Below, piece after piece: positions 46,053 through 56,342 of a DNA stretch of 64,000 bases (its first letter is position 1; each line of letters starts with the position of its first letter). The DNA is taken from contig JBILLK010000001.1 in NCBI GenBank assembly GCA_044376115.1, forward strand, positions 32,001 through 96,000. Reading direction: 5' to 3'. Under the pieces are notes generated by a model. The model ran no database searches, had not been told where the DNA came from, and saw only the letters and a program-made list of their open reading frames with translations. The position numbers and the translations under genes were made by a program. This stretch comes from Polyangiaceae bacterium (GTDB lineage Bacteria; Myxococcota_A; Polyangia; Polyangiales; Polyangiaceae).

Positions 46053-46844
46053 GTGCAAGCCGACTCGCCCGCAACTGCCGAGGAGTTGAAGCAGCTCGCG
46101 AAGGGGCGGCGCCGGTTCCTGATGAAGAAGCTGCACTCGCTTTCGGGCGTGGTGCCGGTCGGCCTCTTCATGGTCTTCCATCTTTGGACGAACGCTCGGG
46201 CTCTCAACGGCCAAGCAAGCTTCGATTCGGGGGTCGAGCAGATTCAGGAGATGCCGTTTCTTCCCGTCCTGGAGTTCGGCCTGATTCTGCTGCCTCTGGC
46301 GTTCCATGCTTTGTACGGGGTGAAGCTCGCGTTCGAGGCTCGTCCAAACGTCGGCAATTACCCATTTAATCGAAACTGGATGTTCCTGGCCCAGCGCGTG
46401 ACCGGCGTCGCTGCCTTCGCCTTTTTGATTTGGCATTTGTACGAGTTCTGGTTTCAGAAATGGACGGGCAACCTGGAACCCGCAGGGTTCTATCCCGAAC
46501 TTTGCGAGAGCCTCTCGGCAACGCGCGCTGGTATTCCGCTCAACGCGCTCGCTTACGTCTTTGGGATCGCGGCCTGCGTCTTCCACTTCACCAACGGCCT
46601 GTGGGGCTTCTGCTTTTCCTTCGGCATCACCGTAAGTCGAAGGGCACAGCGACTTTCGGCGACCGTATTTGGCCTCTTGGGAGTCGCGCTGTTTTTTCTC
46701 GGCGCAAACACCGCAATCTACTTCGCGACGGGTTCACGGATCGCTCTGTTCGGTCGAGCACCAGGCAGCAAGTCGGCTCAGGTGTTGAGGACATGCCCCG
46801 ATGTTCAACCGGCCAGCGCGGAGACCACCGGAGAGGCGCGCTGA
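46053..46844 (+). CDS. sdhC: Succinate dehydrogenase cytochrome b558 subunit
   Basis: KLHSLSGVVPVG..HL, FHALYG, QRVTG..WHL, FHFTNGLW (four His heme ligands). Confidence 0.92.
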   Translation: MQADSPATAEELKQLAKGRRRFLMKKLHSLSGVVPVGLFMVFHLWTNARALNGQASFDSGVEQIQEMPFLPVLEFGLILLPLAFHALYGVKLAFEARPNVGNYPFNRNWMFLAQRVTGVAAFAFLIWHLYEFWFQKWTGNLEPAGFYPELCESLSATRAGIPLNALAYVFGIAACVFHFTNGLWGFCFSFGITVSRRAQRLSATVFGLLGVALFFLGANTAIYFATGSRIALFGRAPGSKSAQVLRTCPDVQPASAETTGEAR

Positions 46845-46849
46845 TCGCA

Positions 46850-48844
46850 ATGGCAACCAAAGTTTCGATTCGTAGCGAAAACGGCAAGTTGCGGCGGGTG
46901 GCGGTCGTTGGGGGTGGTCTCGCTGGGCTGATGACGGCCTTGAAGCTGGCCGAAGTGAACGTCCCCGTCGACATCTTTAGTTTGGTGCCGGTCAAGCGCT
47001 CTCACTCGGTGTGCGCCCAAGGTGGAATCAACGCCTCGGTCAACACGAAGGGCGAGGGGGACAGTCCCGACATCCACTTCGCCGAGACGGTCTACGGCGG
47101 TGATTTTCTCGCGAATCAGCCGCTGGTGAAGGGCATGGCGAAGGCGGCGCCGGAGCTTGTTTACCTGCTCGATCGGATGGGCGTGCCGTTCAATCGCACC
47201 CCCGAAGGCTTGATCGACTTTCGCCGTTTTGGCGGCACGTTGTTCCACCGCACAGCCTACGCAGGCGCCACCACCGGGCAACAGTTGCTCTACGCCCTCG
47301 ATGAGCAAGTGCGGCGCTTCGAGATGAAGCTCGCGTCCGACGAACGTGGCCTCGCTATCCCCGGCGAACCACTGGTTCGCAAACTCGAGTATTGGGACTT
47401 CCTCGAAACAGTGCGCGACGACAGCGGCGTCTGCGTTGGGCTCGTGGCGCAAGACCTCAAGTCGATGGCGGTGAAGTCGTTCCCCTACGATGCGGTCGTA
47501 CTGGCCACCGGCGGCTGCGGCATCGTTTTCGGGAAGTCGACGCTGAGCGTGATCTGCACGGGTACGGCGGCAGCCAGCGCCTACTCGCAGGGTGCCGTCT
47601 ACGCCAACGGCGAGTTCATTCAGGTGCACCCCACGGCCATCCCTGGTGCGGATAAGCTGCGGCTCATCTCCGAAAGCGCGCGTGGTGAGGGAGGCCGTGT
47701 TTGGGTTCCCAAAGACGCCACCGACGCACGCGCGCCGAAGGACATCCCGGAGAAAGAACGGGACTACTTTCTGGAGCGGACATACCCCGGGTACGGCAAC
47801 CTCGTCCCGCGAGACATCGCTTCACGCGCGATCTTCAAAACCTGTTTCCACGAGGGCCGCGGCATCCGCAACTCGAGCACCGGGAAAAACGAGCATGAGG
47901 TTTACCTGGATCTCTCGCACAAGGACGAGAAGTTCCTCCGATCGAAGCTCGCCGGGATCTTGGAGATCTACGAAAAGTTCGTCGGAGTCGATCCATACAA
48001 GAACCCGATGAAGGTGTTCCCCGCGGTGCACTACTCCATGGGCGGGCTCTGGACCGACTTCGAAGCGACGTCGGATGGCCTTCCCGTGCAGGGCTCACCC
48101 CGCAATCACGCGACCAGCATTCCTGGGCTCTATGCGGTTGGTGAAGTGGACTACCAGTACCACGGTGCCAATCGACTTGGCGCCAACTCGCTGCTCTCTT
48201 GCCTCTACGGCGGGACCCTCACTGGGCCTGCGGTGGCGAGCTATCGCGCAGCCATGGCTCGCAGCGCCTTCGACCTGCCCAAGTCGATCTTCGATAAGGC
48301 TGAGAAAAAGTGCCACGAAGCGTTTGAGCAGTCGCTCAAGCAGAACCAGGACTCGGACAAGGCGGAGAACCCCTACCTGCTGCATCAGGAGTTGGGTGAG
48401 CTGATGCTGCGTGACTGTACGATCGAGCGAGACAACGCGACTCTCGACAAGGTGATCGGCAGTTTGGGGGAACTTGGGGAGCGCTATCAACATGTGCGCT
48501 GTACCGATCAGAGCTCCCGGGTGAATCAGGGAGCACCGTTCGTCAGGCATCTCGGCAATATGTTGCGGCTATCCCGCGTGATCGCAGAGGGCGCTCGTGC
48601 GCGTGATGAAAGCCGTGGTGCCCACTACAAGCCAGCCTTCGAGAACCGCGACGACGCAGAATGGCTCCGCACCACTCTCGCCTTAGCGAAGGAAGACGGA
48701 ACCCCGAGGTTCGTTCGCAACTTTGATTACGAATGCGCTGGCAAGAGCGTGAGCATCAGCGACAAGGTTGATGTCAGCTTGGAGCAGCCGCGTGCCCGAA
48801 AGTACGAAGTTGCGGGTGCAGCCAGCAAAGGAGGCTCAGCGTGA
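46850..48844 (+). CDS. sdhA: Succinate dehydrogenase flavoprotein subunit
   Basis: GGGLAG, RSHSVCAQGG, QVHPT, HYSMGG, HGANRLGANSL. Confidence 0.96.
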   Translation: MATKVSIRSENGKLRRVAVVGGGLAGLMTALKLAEVNVPVDIFSLVPVKRSHSVCAQGGINASVNTKGEGDSPDIHFAETVYGGDFLANQPLVKGMAKAAPELVYLLDRMGVPFNRTPEGLIDFRRFGGTLFHRTAYAGATTGQQLLYALDEQVRRFEMKLASDERGLAIPGEPLVRKLEYWDFLETVRDDSGVCVGLVAQDLKSMAVKSFPYDAVVLATGGCGIVFGKSTLSVICTGTAAASAYSQGAVYANGEFIQVHPTAIPGADKLRLISESARGEGGRVWVPKDATDARAPKDIPEKERDYFLERTYPGYGNLVPRDIASRAIFKTCFHEGRGIRNSSTGKNEHEVYLDLSHKDEKFLRSKLAGILEIYEKFVGVDPYKNPMKVFPAVHYSMGGLWTDFEATSDGLPVQGSPRNHATSIPGLYAVGEVDYQYHGANRLGANSLLSCLYGGTLTGPAVASYRAAMARSAFDLPKSIFDKAEKKCHEAFEQSLKQNQDSDKAENPYLLHQELGELMLRDCTIERDNATLDKVIGSLGELGERYQHVRCTDQSSRVNQGAPFVRHLGNMLRLSRVIAEGARARDESRGAHYKPAFENRDDAEWLRTTLALAKEDGTPRFVRNFDYECAGKSVSISDKVDVSLEQPRARKYEVAGAASKGGSA

Positions 48845-49626
48845 GTGACGACACGAGCACTGCCAACGCGAAGCGACGCGTACGCCTCAAAGTCCTGCGT
48901 CAGGATTCACGCGAGGCCGCCGACAGCAAACGCTGGGAGGAGTTCGAGGTGGACTGGCTTCCACAAATGAACGTGAACAGCTGCCTCGAGCAAATCCGCC
49001 GATACCCGAAGACCTCGAATGGCAAGGTCGTTTCGCCGGTTGCGTGGGAGGCCGCCTGCCTGGAGGAGGTGTGCGGCTCTTGCACCATGCTGGTCAACGG
49101 TCGCGTTCGCCAAGCCTGTTCAACGCTCGTGGATTCGCTGCCCGCGGATGAACCCATCGTGCTCGAACCGCTGACCAAGTTCCCCCTCGAACGCGATCTG
49201 GTCGTGGATAGGTCGCGCATGTTCGATGCGCTGAAACAGGTGAAGGCCTGGGTTGTACTCGATGGTACACACGCCCTTGGCCCGGGCCCGCGCGAGAGCC
49301 AAGCGCAGCAGGAGGAGCGTTATGCTCTCGCCCGTTGCATGTCCTGCGGCTCCTGCCTCGAGGCTTGCCCTCAATACGCGGAGGAGAACGCGTTCATCGG
49401 GGCAGCAGCGATCAGCCAGGCGCGCCTCTTCAACCTCAATTCCACCGGCAAGGCAGACCGAGTCGCACGACTCGAGTCCCTGATGGGGGAGGGCGGAGTC
49501 GCAGACTGCGGAAAGGCGCAAGTCTGTGTTGAAGTCTGTCCGAAGGAGATTCCCTTGGTCGACTCGATCGCGGAGATGTCGCGCGACACCACCAAACACC
49601 TTCTATTTGGCTGGTTGCTCAAGTAG
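48841..49626 (+). CDS. sdhB: Succinate dehydrogenase iron-sulfur subunit
   Basis: CLEEVCGSC, CMSCGSCLEACP, CGKAQVCVEVCP. Confidence 0.96.
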   Translation: MSDDTSTANAKRRVRLKVLRQDSREAADSKRWEEFEVDWLPQMNVNSCLEQIRRYPKTSNGKVVSPVAWEAACLEEVCGSCTMLVNGRVRQACSTLVDSLPADEPIVLEPLTKFPLERDLVVDRSRMFDALKQVKAWVVLDGTHALGPGPRESQAQQEERYALARCMSCGSCLEACPQYAEENAFIGAAAISQARLFNLNSTGKADRVARLESLMGEGGVADCGKAQVCVEVCPKEIPLVDSIAEMSRDTTKHLLFGWLLK

Positions 49627-49635
49627 CCGAAACGG

Positions 49636-50649
49636 TCAGTCGCACACCGCGTCACCCGACACGCAGACCCCCGCGGAAGCGATCACGCCGCCCTGGCAAA
49701 TGGCGCCCTCGCCGGCACAATTCGGCAGGTTTGGATCACACAGCTGAAGGCAGGTTCCTGTTTGGTAGCTGCAGATAAAGCCCTCGGCGCACGGACACGG
49801 CTGGCAAGTCGTACCGTCGCCAACGGGAACGCAGCTCGTCGTGCCCGTCGACTCTCGAACGATTGTGCAGCTTTCACCCGTCTCACAGTCGTCGCCTAGC
49901 AGCGTGCACGGCTTGGTAGGAACGCACACGGGAACCTGCACTGCGTTCGTCAATTCGACTGAGCTGTCGAATAGCGGCTGCAGCGCGCAGAAGGTCGTGA
50001 CATCGGGACAGCCCTCGTCGAGGTCACCGCAGCAGAAAGGCTTGCACTGCCCAATCGGTGCTGGGCCGGCCCCACCTTCATTCACGGCTTCGACCGTGAG
50101 CACGCAACCGAAGCCCTCAGCGCACTCGGCGCTGGAGCCACAAACCTCGCCATCGAGTTTTGCGCCTGTGGGAGAGCAGGCGCTCTTGGCAACGCCCGCC
50201 TCCGTTGCGATCTTGCAGCTCAAGACAGCGGACCCACCACCATCGCCGCTGGCACCTGCGCCACCGCCGCCGGAACCACCGTCGTCTGAGCCACCGCCAA
50301 CACTAGCGCCCGCGCTTCCTCCACCGTTTCCAGCGCTCGCGCCCTGCCCCCCGAGGCCTCCGGCACCACCCCCAGCAGGACCGACACCGCCAGCACCACC
50401 GTCACACCCGCCGCTTTCGCCAGGGATGCAGCTTTCCTCGCTCAGGCCGCAATACGATGCGTAGGTGAACTTGCCGGGCGGTGAAATGCCCCCACCGCCG
50501 CCTCCTGCGGCTGAGGTACTGGCCGAGGTCTCTGCTCCGAAACCACCCAAGCCGCCGAAGCCACCATTCGAGGTAAAGCCTTCACCGAAGGCACCACACG
50601 CAGTGGCTAGCGCGGCAAAAGTAAGCGGGGCGGCGAGACGGTAATTCAT
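49636..50649 (-). CDS. Cys/Gly-rich lipoprotein of unknown function
   Basis: ATAC lipobox, Gly-rich linker and many Cys in the C-terminal half. Confidence 0.8.
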   Translation of the reverse strand: MNYRLAAPLTFAALATACGAFGEGFTSNGGFGGLGGFGAETSASTSAAGGGGGGISPPGKFTYASYCGLSEESCIPGESGGCDGGAGGVGPAGGGAGGLGGQGASAGNGGGSAGASVGGGSDDGGSGGGGAGASGDGGGSAVLSCKIATEAGVAKSACSPTGAKLDGEVCGSSAECAEGFGCVLTVEAVNEGGAGPAPIGQCKPFCCGDLDEGCPDVTTFCALQPLFDSSVELTNAVQVPVCVPTKPCTLLGDDCETGESCTIVRESTGTTSCVPVGDGTTCQPCPCAEGFICSYQTGTCLQLCDPNLPNCAGEGAICQGGVIASAGVCVSGDAVCD

Positions 50650-50745
50650 AGGGTAACCACGAAGGTAAGGGCTGAAGGTTAGCACTGAATCGCGTTGTGC
50701 CCCAGCTGAGCTGTATGAGCAGCACCTGGCAACCTCACCACCCTA

Positions 50746-50761
50746 TTCACAGTTCGTGCCG
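50746..50761 (-). promoter_or_regulatory. Possible sigma-54-like promoter with a non-canonical -12
   Basis: Minus strand CGGCACG-AACT-GTGAA upstream of the Cys-rich lipoprotein gene; the -12 box deviates from consensus. Confidence 0.3.
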
Positions 50762-50965
50762 CGTTCCTTTGTGGGCGAAGCCAGCGAAATGCACAGAACC
50801 TTTGGGCCTCGAGGGGGCCTCGCTGTGACATCGCTGTCCGATTGGGCCGTACGCCTGACACGCACCTTTGCGGCGACGCTTCATGGTAGAGTCCTCCACG
50901 GTTGACCCAAGCGATGGGTCGCCCGTCGAGATGGCCCAGCTCGCGAGCCCATGTACGAGGTCCTG

Positions 50966-51607
50966 ATGCGATCACCCAAACGACTTTCTTTGACCCTAGG
51001 CTTGGCCGCATTGGCCGGCTGCCCTGACCCCAAAGGACAGTTCGATGCGTTCGGCGAACGATACGCAGCGATCAATGACCAAGGCGGCGCAGCCACCGGC
51101 GGCGGCGGTAGCGGTGAGTGCAGCGCGCCTGAGGCCGGCGTAGCAGACGGCAAATATCTATTCACGCTATCTGCCAATTTGAGCCCCGAAAAGGCGTTCG
51201 CGCTCGACGTGACCATGGTCACCAAAGAGGGGCCCGATGGCCTGCTGCTCGACCTTGAGCTGCAACCGCTGTCCAAGGATGACCAGCAGACTCCCGTGGG
51301 AGATCCGTTGACCTACGCGGACCTCGAGGTTGCTGCAGACGGTAGCTTCGATTGGGATCTCGGCGCGGTCGTCACGCTGATCGGCGCGGCCAATCCAGTG
51401 ACGGGCGCGGATGTTGAGACCTCACTGGGCATCCAGGGTGACCTTTGCGCGAGCTCGCCGGACTTCGTGTGTGGAAGCGCGACGGGCATCGTGACCAAGC
51501 CCCTCAACATGTTCGACCTCGCTGGGTCGACCTTCACGTTCCAGAGGTACGAGGGAACGATTCCCTCGCCTCTGCTCAACTGTGCCAAAGACCCCGCTGT
51601 CTACTGA
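50966..51607 (+). CDS. Beta-rich lipoprotein of unknown function
   Basis: LAGC lipobox; 16 bp upstream of the FadL-like gene. Confidence 0.78.
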   Translation: MRSPKRLSLTLGLAALAGCPDPKGQFDAFGERYAAINDQGGAATGGGGSGECSAPEAGVADGKYLFTLSANLSPEKAFALDVTMVTKEGPDGLLLDLELQPLSKDDQQTPVGDPLTYADLEVAADGSFDWDLGAVVTLIGAANPVTGADVETSLGIQGDLCASSPDFVCGSATGIVTKPLNMFDLAGSTFTFQRYEGTIPSPLLNCAKDPAVY

Positions 51608-51623
51608 CCTCACAGGAAGACCC

Positions 51624-53051
51624 ATGCGCACCCTGAACAACCTCAGTCGTAGGCACAGCCGTTGGCTCGTGCCCGCCATCCTTGCCGTTGGTGGATCGCT
51701 GTTTCTCGTGGAAGACGCACAGGCAGCGGGCTTCGCCACCGCTCGCTTCGGCGGAGAACACGGCCATCCCACCACTGAAAATGCCACGGCCATCTACTAC
51801 AACCCGGCCGGTATCGCCGAAGACTCGCCCGACCTCGAGGAGAAGGATTGGCGCGTCAAGATCTTCGTGGACGGCACGCTAGCCCTCCGTTGGGCGAGTT
51901 GGAGCCACGTCGCAAGCGCAACCGACGCAACGGAACCAGCCGGAAAACCTGCCGCCAATTCGGGGGAGGCCACGTTGTTCAACGTCGCCACCGCTCCTAT
52001 GGCTGGCGCAACTTTTCAAATCGAGAATTTCGGGTTCGGGCTTGGTTTCTTCGTTCCGTTCGGCGGCGCCTCGTCGTGGGACAAGAACGAGAACTACAAG
52101 GATGACCCTGATTTCGCGGGGCCCTATGACGGCCCGCAGCGCTGGCACACGATCGATGGAACGTTGCGCTCGATCTACATCTCGGCAGCAGCGGCCTACG
52201 ACATCCTCGATCGCGTGAGCATCGGCGCGTCATTCAACATGATCCGCTCCGAGGTGAACACGGTCCGCGCGCGTGAGCCCTCAGGCTCGAACAGCGTCAG
52301 CGGTGAGGGTCGTGCGCTCATCGACGTCAACGGCTGGAACGCATCATTCGGCGTTGGTGTCATCGGTGAGGTGGCAAAGAACAAGGTTTGGATCGGTATG
52401 TCCTACCAATCTCAGCCCGGTCTCGGCGACATGGCGCTCGAGGGCACGCTCGACAGCAACTACGGTGGTAACACTAGCCAAGACAACATCAAGCTCATCC
52501 AAGCTCTCCCGGATATCTTCCGGATTGGCGTACGCGCCCGACCGCTCAAGACGGTCGAGATGCGGTTTTTTGGCGACTACACCAACTGGGGCACGTTCAA
52601 GAGCCAGTGCATCATTCCCGAGGCCGCAGATGACTGTCCCGTGAATGAGGACGGCAGCGCAGTGGAAGGAACCGCGAATCCGCCGCTTGTGAACATCGTC
52701 CGCAATTGGGGTCCCTCGTTTGGAGTTCGTGGTGGTGGCTCCTACTGGGTCGTTCCCGAAATCGAGTTGTTCTTGGGGGCTGGCTACGACTCAAACGCCG
52801 TGCCCGACTCAACCTTGGAGCCCGCGCTGACTGACTTCCAGAAGGCGTCGCTTGCGGGCGGACTTCGGTTCCAGGTCGGCCAAACCTTCGCTATGGCGCT
52901 GTCGTATACGCACCTCTTTTACATCGAGCGCGACACGGCCGGTGAGAGCGTGCTCCCGGGATTGCAACAACCCTCAAGAACGCCTGACGCGGGGGGCCAG
53001 TACAATCAAACAATCGGCGTAATCAACACGAACATTCAGCTCTCGTTCTGA
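51624..53051 (+). CDS. OmpP1/FadL family outer-membrane transporter
   Basis: AQA-AGF N-terminus, AIYYNPAG motif, beta-barrel pattern and terminal Phe. Confidence 0.88.
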   Translation: MRTLNNLSRRHSRWLVPAILAVGGSLFLVEDAQAAGFATARFGGEHGHPTTENATAIYYNPAGIAEDSPDLEEKDWRVKIFVDGTLALRWASWSHVASATDATEPAGKPAANSGEATLFNVATAPMAGATFQIENFGFGLGFFVPFGGASSWDKNENYKDDPDFAGPYDGPQRWHTIDGTLRSIYISAAAAYDILDRVSIGASFNMIRSEVNTVRAREPSGSNSVSGEGRALIDVNGWNASFGVGVIGEVAKNKVWIGMSYQSQPGLGDMALEGTLDSNYGGNTSQDNIKLIQALPDIFRIGVRARPLKTVEMRFFGDYTNWGTFKSQCIIPEAADDCPVNEDGSAVEGTANPPLVNIVRNWGPSFGVRGGGSYWVVPEIELFLGAGYDSNAVPDSTLEPALTDFQKASLAGGLRFQVGQTFAMALSYTHLFYIERDTAGESVLPGLQQPSRTPDAGGQYNQTIGVINTNIQLSF

Positions 53052-54181
53052 TGAAAGCAAAATCTCTTCTCTTCTCCTTCGCGGTTGCCATCGCGACCTT
53101 CGGCTGTGGCGACCCGAAGGGAAAGGTCACAGCGGACTCAGTTGCTGGTTCAAAGCCGAAGACATCGGCCTCGGCTGCTCCATCAGCTGTCGTTGTCCGA
53201 AAGCTGAGTCCCTTTGCCGAGGCTGCGCTGAAAGAGCTCGACGCGACGAAGCTCAATGACCGGGAGAAGGAGGAACTCAAGCTCCAGCTCGGTGAGGCGA
53301 TGTCACCTTGCCCCAACGTCCCCGTGCCACTAGCTCAATGTCTCGCTGAAAAGCGCGACTGTAAGTTGTGCGCTCCGGCTGGAGTGATGCTCACGCGCGC
53401 GGTCAGAGGTGGTCTTCCGAGCACCGAAGCAGTGAGCTTGATCGGGGCGCGATTCGACGCGAAGAACGTCAAGGAGATCACGCTCGGGAACGCGCCGATC
53501 AAGGGGCCGGCAGACGCGCCCGTGACGATCGTCGAGTGGGCCGACTTCGAGTGCCCGTTCTGTGCGGCTATGGTCCCCGTGATCGATCTGATCACGGAGC
53601 GATTCCCCGGACAGGTGCGTGTTGCATACAAGACGTACGCGCTGCCTGGTCACCCCCATGCACCGGAGGCGGCCTATGCCGCCCTCGCAGCCTACAGGCA
53701 GGGGAAGTTCTGGGAGATGCAACGCATGTTGTTCGACAACCAGAAGGCGCTCGAGAAGAAGGACCTCTTCAAGTACGCGCGTGAAGTCGACGTTGATTTC
53801 ACGCAGTTCAAGAAGGACTTTGAAGACGCTGAGCTGCGGCAGGCCCTCAAGGAGGACATCACCTACGGTGACTCGGTTGGGGTCGGTGGTACGCCAACGC
53901 TCTTCATCAACGGGCGGCTTGTTCCGATGGAGAAGCTCGCTCCGTTTTATGAGGAGTTCGAGGAGTGGGTGAAGCTCGAGATCGTCCTGGCCGGGAAAAC
54001 ACCTGCGGAAGGAACCGAGAAGTACCACTCGATGAAAAAGATGCTGATGGCAGCAGCTGAAGAGGAGGGCAAGTCGCCCCCACCCGATGCCTCGGCTAGC
54101 GCCTCTCCGAGCGCCTCTGCGGCACCGTCTGCCGCCCCTGCATCGTCCGCTGCCGCAAGCGCCTCGGCCTCGCCGAAGTGA
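53051..54181 (+). CDS. DsbA-like thioredoxin-fold lipoprotein
   Basis: TFGC lipobox; ADFECPFC, QGKFWEM, GTPTLFING; extra N-terminal Cys domain. Confidence 0.9.
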   Translation: MKAKSLLFSFAVAIATFGCGDPKGKVTADSVAGSKPKTSASAAPSAVVVRKLSPFAEAALKELDATKLNDREKEELKLQLGEAMSPCPNVPVPLAQCLAEKRDCKLCAPAGVMLTRAVRGGLPSTEAVSLIGARFDAKNVKEITLGNAPIKGPADAPVTIVEWADFECPFCAAMVPVIDLITERFPGQVRVAYKTYALPGHPHAPEAAYAALAAYRQGKFWEMQRMLFDNQKALEKKDLFKYAREVDVDFTQFKKDFEDAELRQALKEDITYGDSVGVGGTPTLFINGRLVPMEKLAPFYEEFEEWVKLEIVLAGKTPAEGTEKYHSMKKMLMAAAEEEGKSPPPDASASASPSASAAPSAAPASSAAASASASPK

Positions 54182-54927
54182 AGGTTTCGGATCCGTGCGG
54201 CTGTTTTCCTACGGGGCGCCACTATCCCGGCATCGCCCACCTCATTCGCGTTCGCGCGGTTGGGGTGGTCGAGGAGATCCCACCGGAAGCAGCCTGGCTC
54301 GATCAGGTCATCGCCTTCATCGATACCGAAACGACCGGAAGAAATCCGGCGGTCGATCGCGTGATCGAGATTGGCGTCGTGTTTGGGCGCAACGGCGAGA
54401 TCTTCGACCGGCGCAATTGGCTGATCAACCCGGGTATGCCCATTCCCCCGGAATCAACCGAGATTCACGGCATCAAGGACGAGGACGTACGCAACGAGCC
54501 AACGATTGACACGATCTTCCCGGAGATCCTCAGTTGCCTCGAGGGCGCGATTCCCGCCGCCTACAACGCCGAATTCGACCGCAACTTCTTCAAAGCGGAG
54601 CTCGCGCGGTTCACCCAGACGCGACAGATGGACAAGCTGCCGCCGGCCTTCCGCAAAGAGGTGGAATGGCTCGATCCTCTCGTCTTTGCGCGGGAGATCT
54701 ACAAGGACGAACAGAGTCGCGCGTTGGCGGACATGGCAACCCGGCTCGGCATCGAGCTGGAGAAGGCGCACCGTGCGATGCATGACGCCGAGGCCGCCTT
54801 GCGAGTCTTGTACGCCTTGGCCAAAGATCCGCGACTTCCGCGTGGGTATGCTGCGCTCTTGCAAGAGCAGCGTCGATTGGGGCGCGTATTCGAGGAAGGT
54901 CGGCGCTTCTGGCGCAAGCCTTCGTAG
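54178..54927 (+). CDS. DEDDh 3'-5' exonuclease (DnaQ-like)
   Basis: IDTETTG, YNAEFD, AHRAMHDA. Confidence 0.92.
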   Translation: MKVSDPCGCFPTGRHYPGIAHLIRVRAVGVVEEIPPEAAWLDQVIAFIDTETTGRNPAVDRVIEIGVVFGRNGEIFDRRNWLINPGMPIPPESTEIHGIKDEDVRNEPTIDTIFPEILSCLEGAIPAAYNAEFDRNFFKAELARFTQTRQMDKLPPAFRKEVEWLDPLVFAREIYKDEQSRALADMATRLGIELEKAHRAMHDAEAALRVLYALAKDPRLPRGYAALLQEQRRLGRVFEEGRRFWRKPS

Positions 54928-54931
54928 GCGC

Positions 54932-55429
54932 GTGTCGGCGGAGAAACCCAGCTCAGGAAAGGTGGACGAGTCAGCGTCGTCCCCGAAGAAGATTCGGCGC
55001 TTGCCTGTGCTCCAAACGTCGAACGCAGCGACCGAGCCGGAGGAAGAACGCACGCCGTTGCAGTGGCTGATCATCGGCGGATTCTGCATCCTTCTCTGCT
55101 GGATTCTGCTTGCCGGCGTCGTGAACGCTTTTTTCCAACGTGTGGCTCCGCAGGCTTACTTCGGCGTCGCGCTGGGCAATGTGCTCGCCTATGCGCTCGC
55201 AGTGGCAGCGGGCAGCTGGCTTCTTGGGAACCGAGCGCGCGTGGTTTCGGCACGCAGCGCACAGGCCGTGGCAGCAATTACTGCCGGGCTAGGCATCGGC
55301 ATGAGCGTCGCATCATCCGAGGCTTCGCTCGATTTGTCCTGGCTGCTCTCGACGGCGATTTTGTTGTTCACCGCGCTCCTCGCAGCGCGGCTCGGTTTCG
55401 AGGTTGGGCGTCGACGAGCCGGCGTTTAG
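54932..55429 (+). CDS. Hypothetical membrane protein with four TM helices
   Basis: Hydrophobic C-terminal part of the 54506 ORF; GTG start just after the exonuclease stop. Confidence 0.65.
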   Translation: MSAEKPSSGKVDESASSPKKIRRLPVLQTSNAATEPEEERTPLQWLIIGGFCILLCWILLAGVVNAFFQRVAPQAYFGVALGNVLAYALAVAAGSWLLGNRARVVSARSAQAVAAITAGLGIGMSVASSEASLDLSWLLSTAILLFTALLAARLGFEVGRRRAGV

Positions 55430-55908
55430 CTGCGGCTGAGCTTCACCTTGGCCAACGGCAGCTCCGAGAAGACGAGGCCAGAGGCGGAGTCCCGTGCGTC
55501 TTCAGCTACGTCCAGAAGAGGCCGCAACATGAAAGCTCGCACCCCAAGGCGCGGATGCGGGACCGTAAGCGACTCGGTATGGATGGTTTCGCCTTCGATC
55601 CACAGGATGTCGAGGTCGATCGTGCGCGGACCGTTCTTGACGTCCCTGGTTCTACCAAGCGCGGCTTCGATCGCTTGAAGTCGCAGCAGCAGGTCTGGCG
55701 CCTCGATCGCAGTCAGCAGCAGCACCGCACCGTTTAGGTACATGCCCTGGGCCGGGCCCCCCTCAGGCTCAGTCTCATAGATGGGCGACTGATCGGTGAC
55801 GTGGATGTCTGGATCTGCACGCAATGCTTCGAGAGCATCGGCGATATTTTGGTGCCGGTCTCCGAGGTTGGCCCCGAAGCCGACCACCACCCGACGGATG
55901 TGGTCCAC
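55426..55908 (-). CDS. folK: 2-amino-4-hydroxy-6-hydroxymethyldihydropteridine diphosphokinase
   Basis: GANLGD, YETEP, YLN, GPRTIDLDIL, VPHPRL. Confidence 0.95.
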   Translation of the reverse strand: MDHIRRVVVGFGANLGDRHQNIADALEALRADPDIHVTDQSPIYETEPEGGPAQGMYLNGAVLLLTAIEAPDLLLRLQAIEAALGRTRDVKNGPRTIDLDILWIEGETIHTESLTVPHPRLGVRAFMLRPLLDVAEDARDSASGLVFSELPLAKVKLSRS

Positions 55909-55981
55909 GATTCACCCTCTACTACAGGCCCGTCTCGACTTCGGAGCGAATCAACAAGCCGCCGAGGGGAAAACCACCTCG

Positions 55982-56290
55982 CTAGGCTGCAACGTCCTCT
56001 TTTCGGCGGCCACCCAGCCGTCGGCCCTCGGGTCGAGGCGGGAAGATACGCCGATCGTCGTCGCGTCTCCGCTCAATAACCGAACGCCGCGCGGGTTGCT
56101 CGGCTTGTTCAGGCTCCACAAACAGGCGCCGAAGCTGCTCGAACGTCTTGGGCATACTGCGAGCAACCACCGCGGAGTGGGCGCGACACAGCAGGATCGT
56201 CCGACTCTCGATCACGACACGGCATAGCTTAGCGCTCGCGAGAACCTCGCGACACACAGCACAGGGCGCCTCAGACTGCCTTCGAGCCAT
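55982..56290 (-). CDS. Small hypothetical protein with CxxC..CxxH and an Arg-rich tail
   Basis: CAVC...CRAH; ERRRDDDRR..GRR..GRR; fills the gap between gshB and folK on the same strand. Confidence 0.6.
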   Translation of the reverse strand: MARRQSEAPCAVCREVLASAKLCRVVIESRTILLCRAHSAVVARSMPKTFEQLRRLFVEPEQAEQPARRSVIERRRDDDRRIFPPRPEGRRLGGRRKEDVAA

Positions 56291-56342
56291 GCGGGCAAGA
56301 GAGCAGAGGCTGAAGCGCCCGTACAACTTTCCTGCAGACTCT

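Noticed and set aside
46430..46849. Apparent N-terminal extension of SdhA
   Set aside because: It overlaps sdhC in another frame; the real start is ATG 46850. The same applies to the extended ORFs at 19680, 25214, 54506 and 57174.
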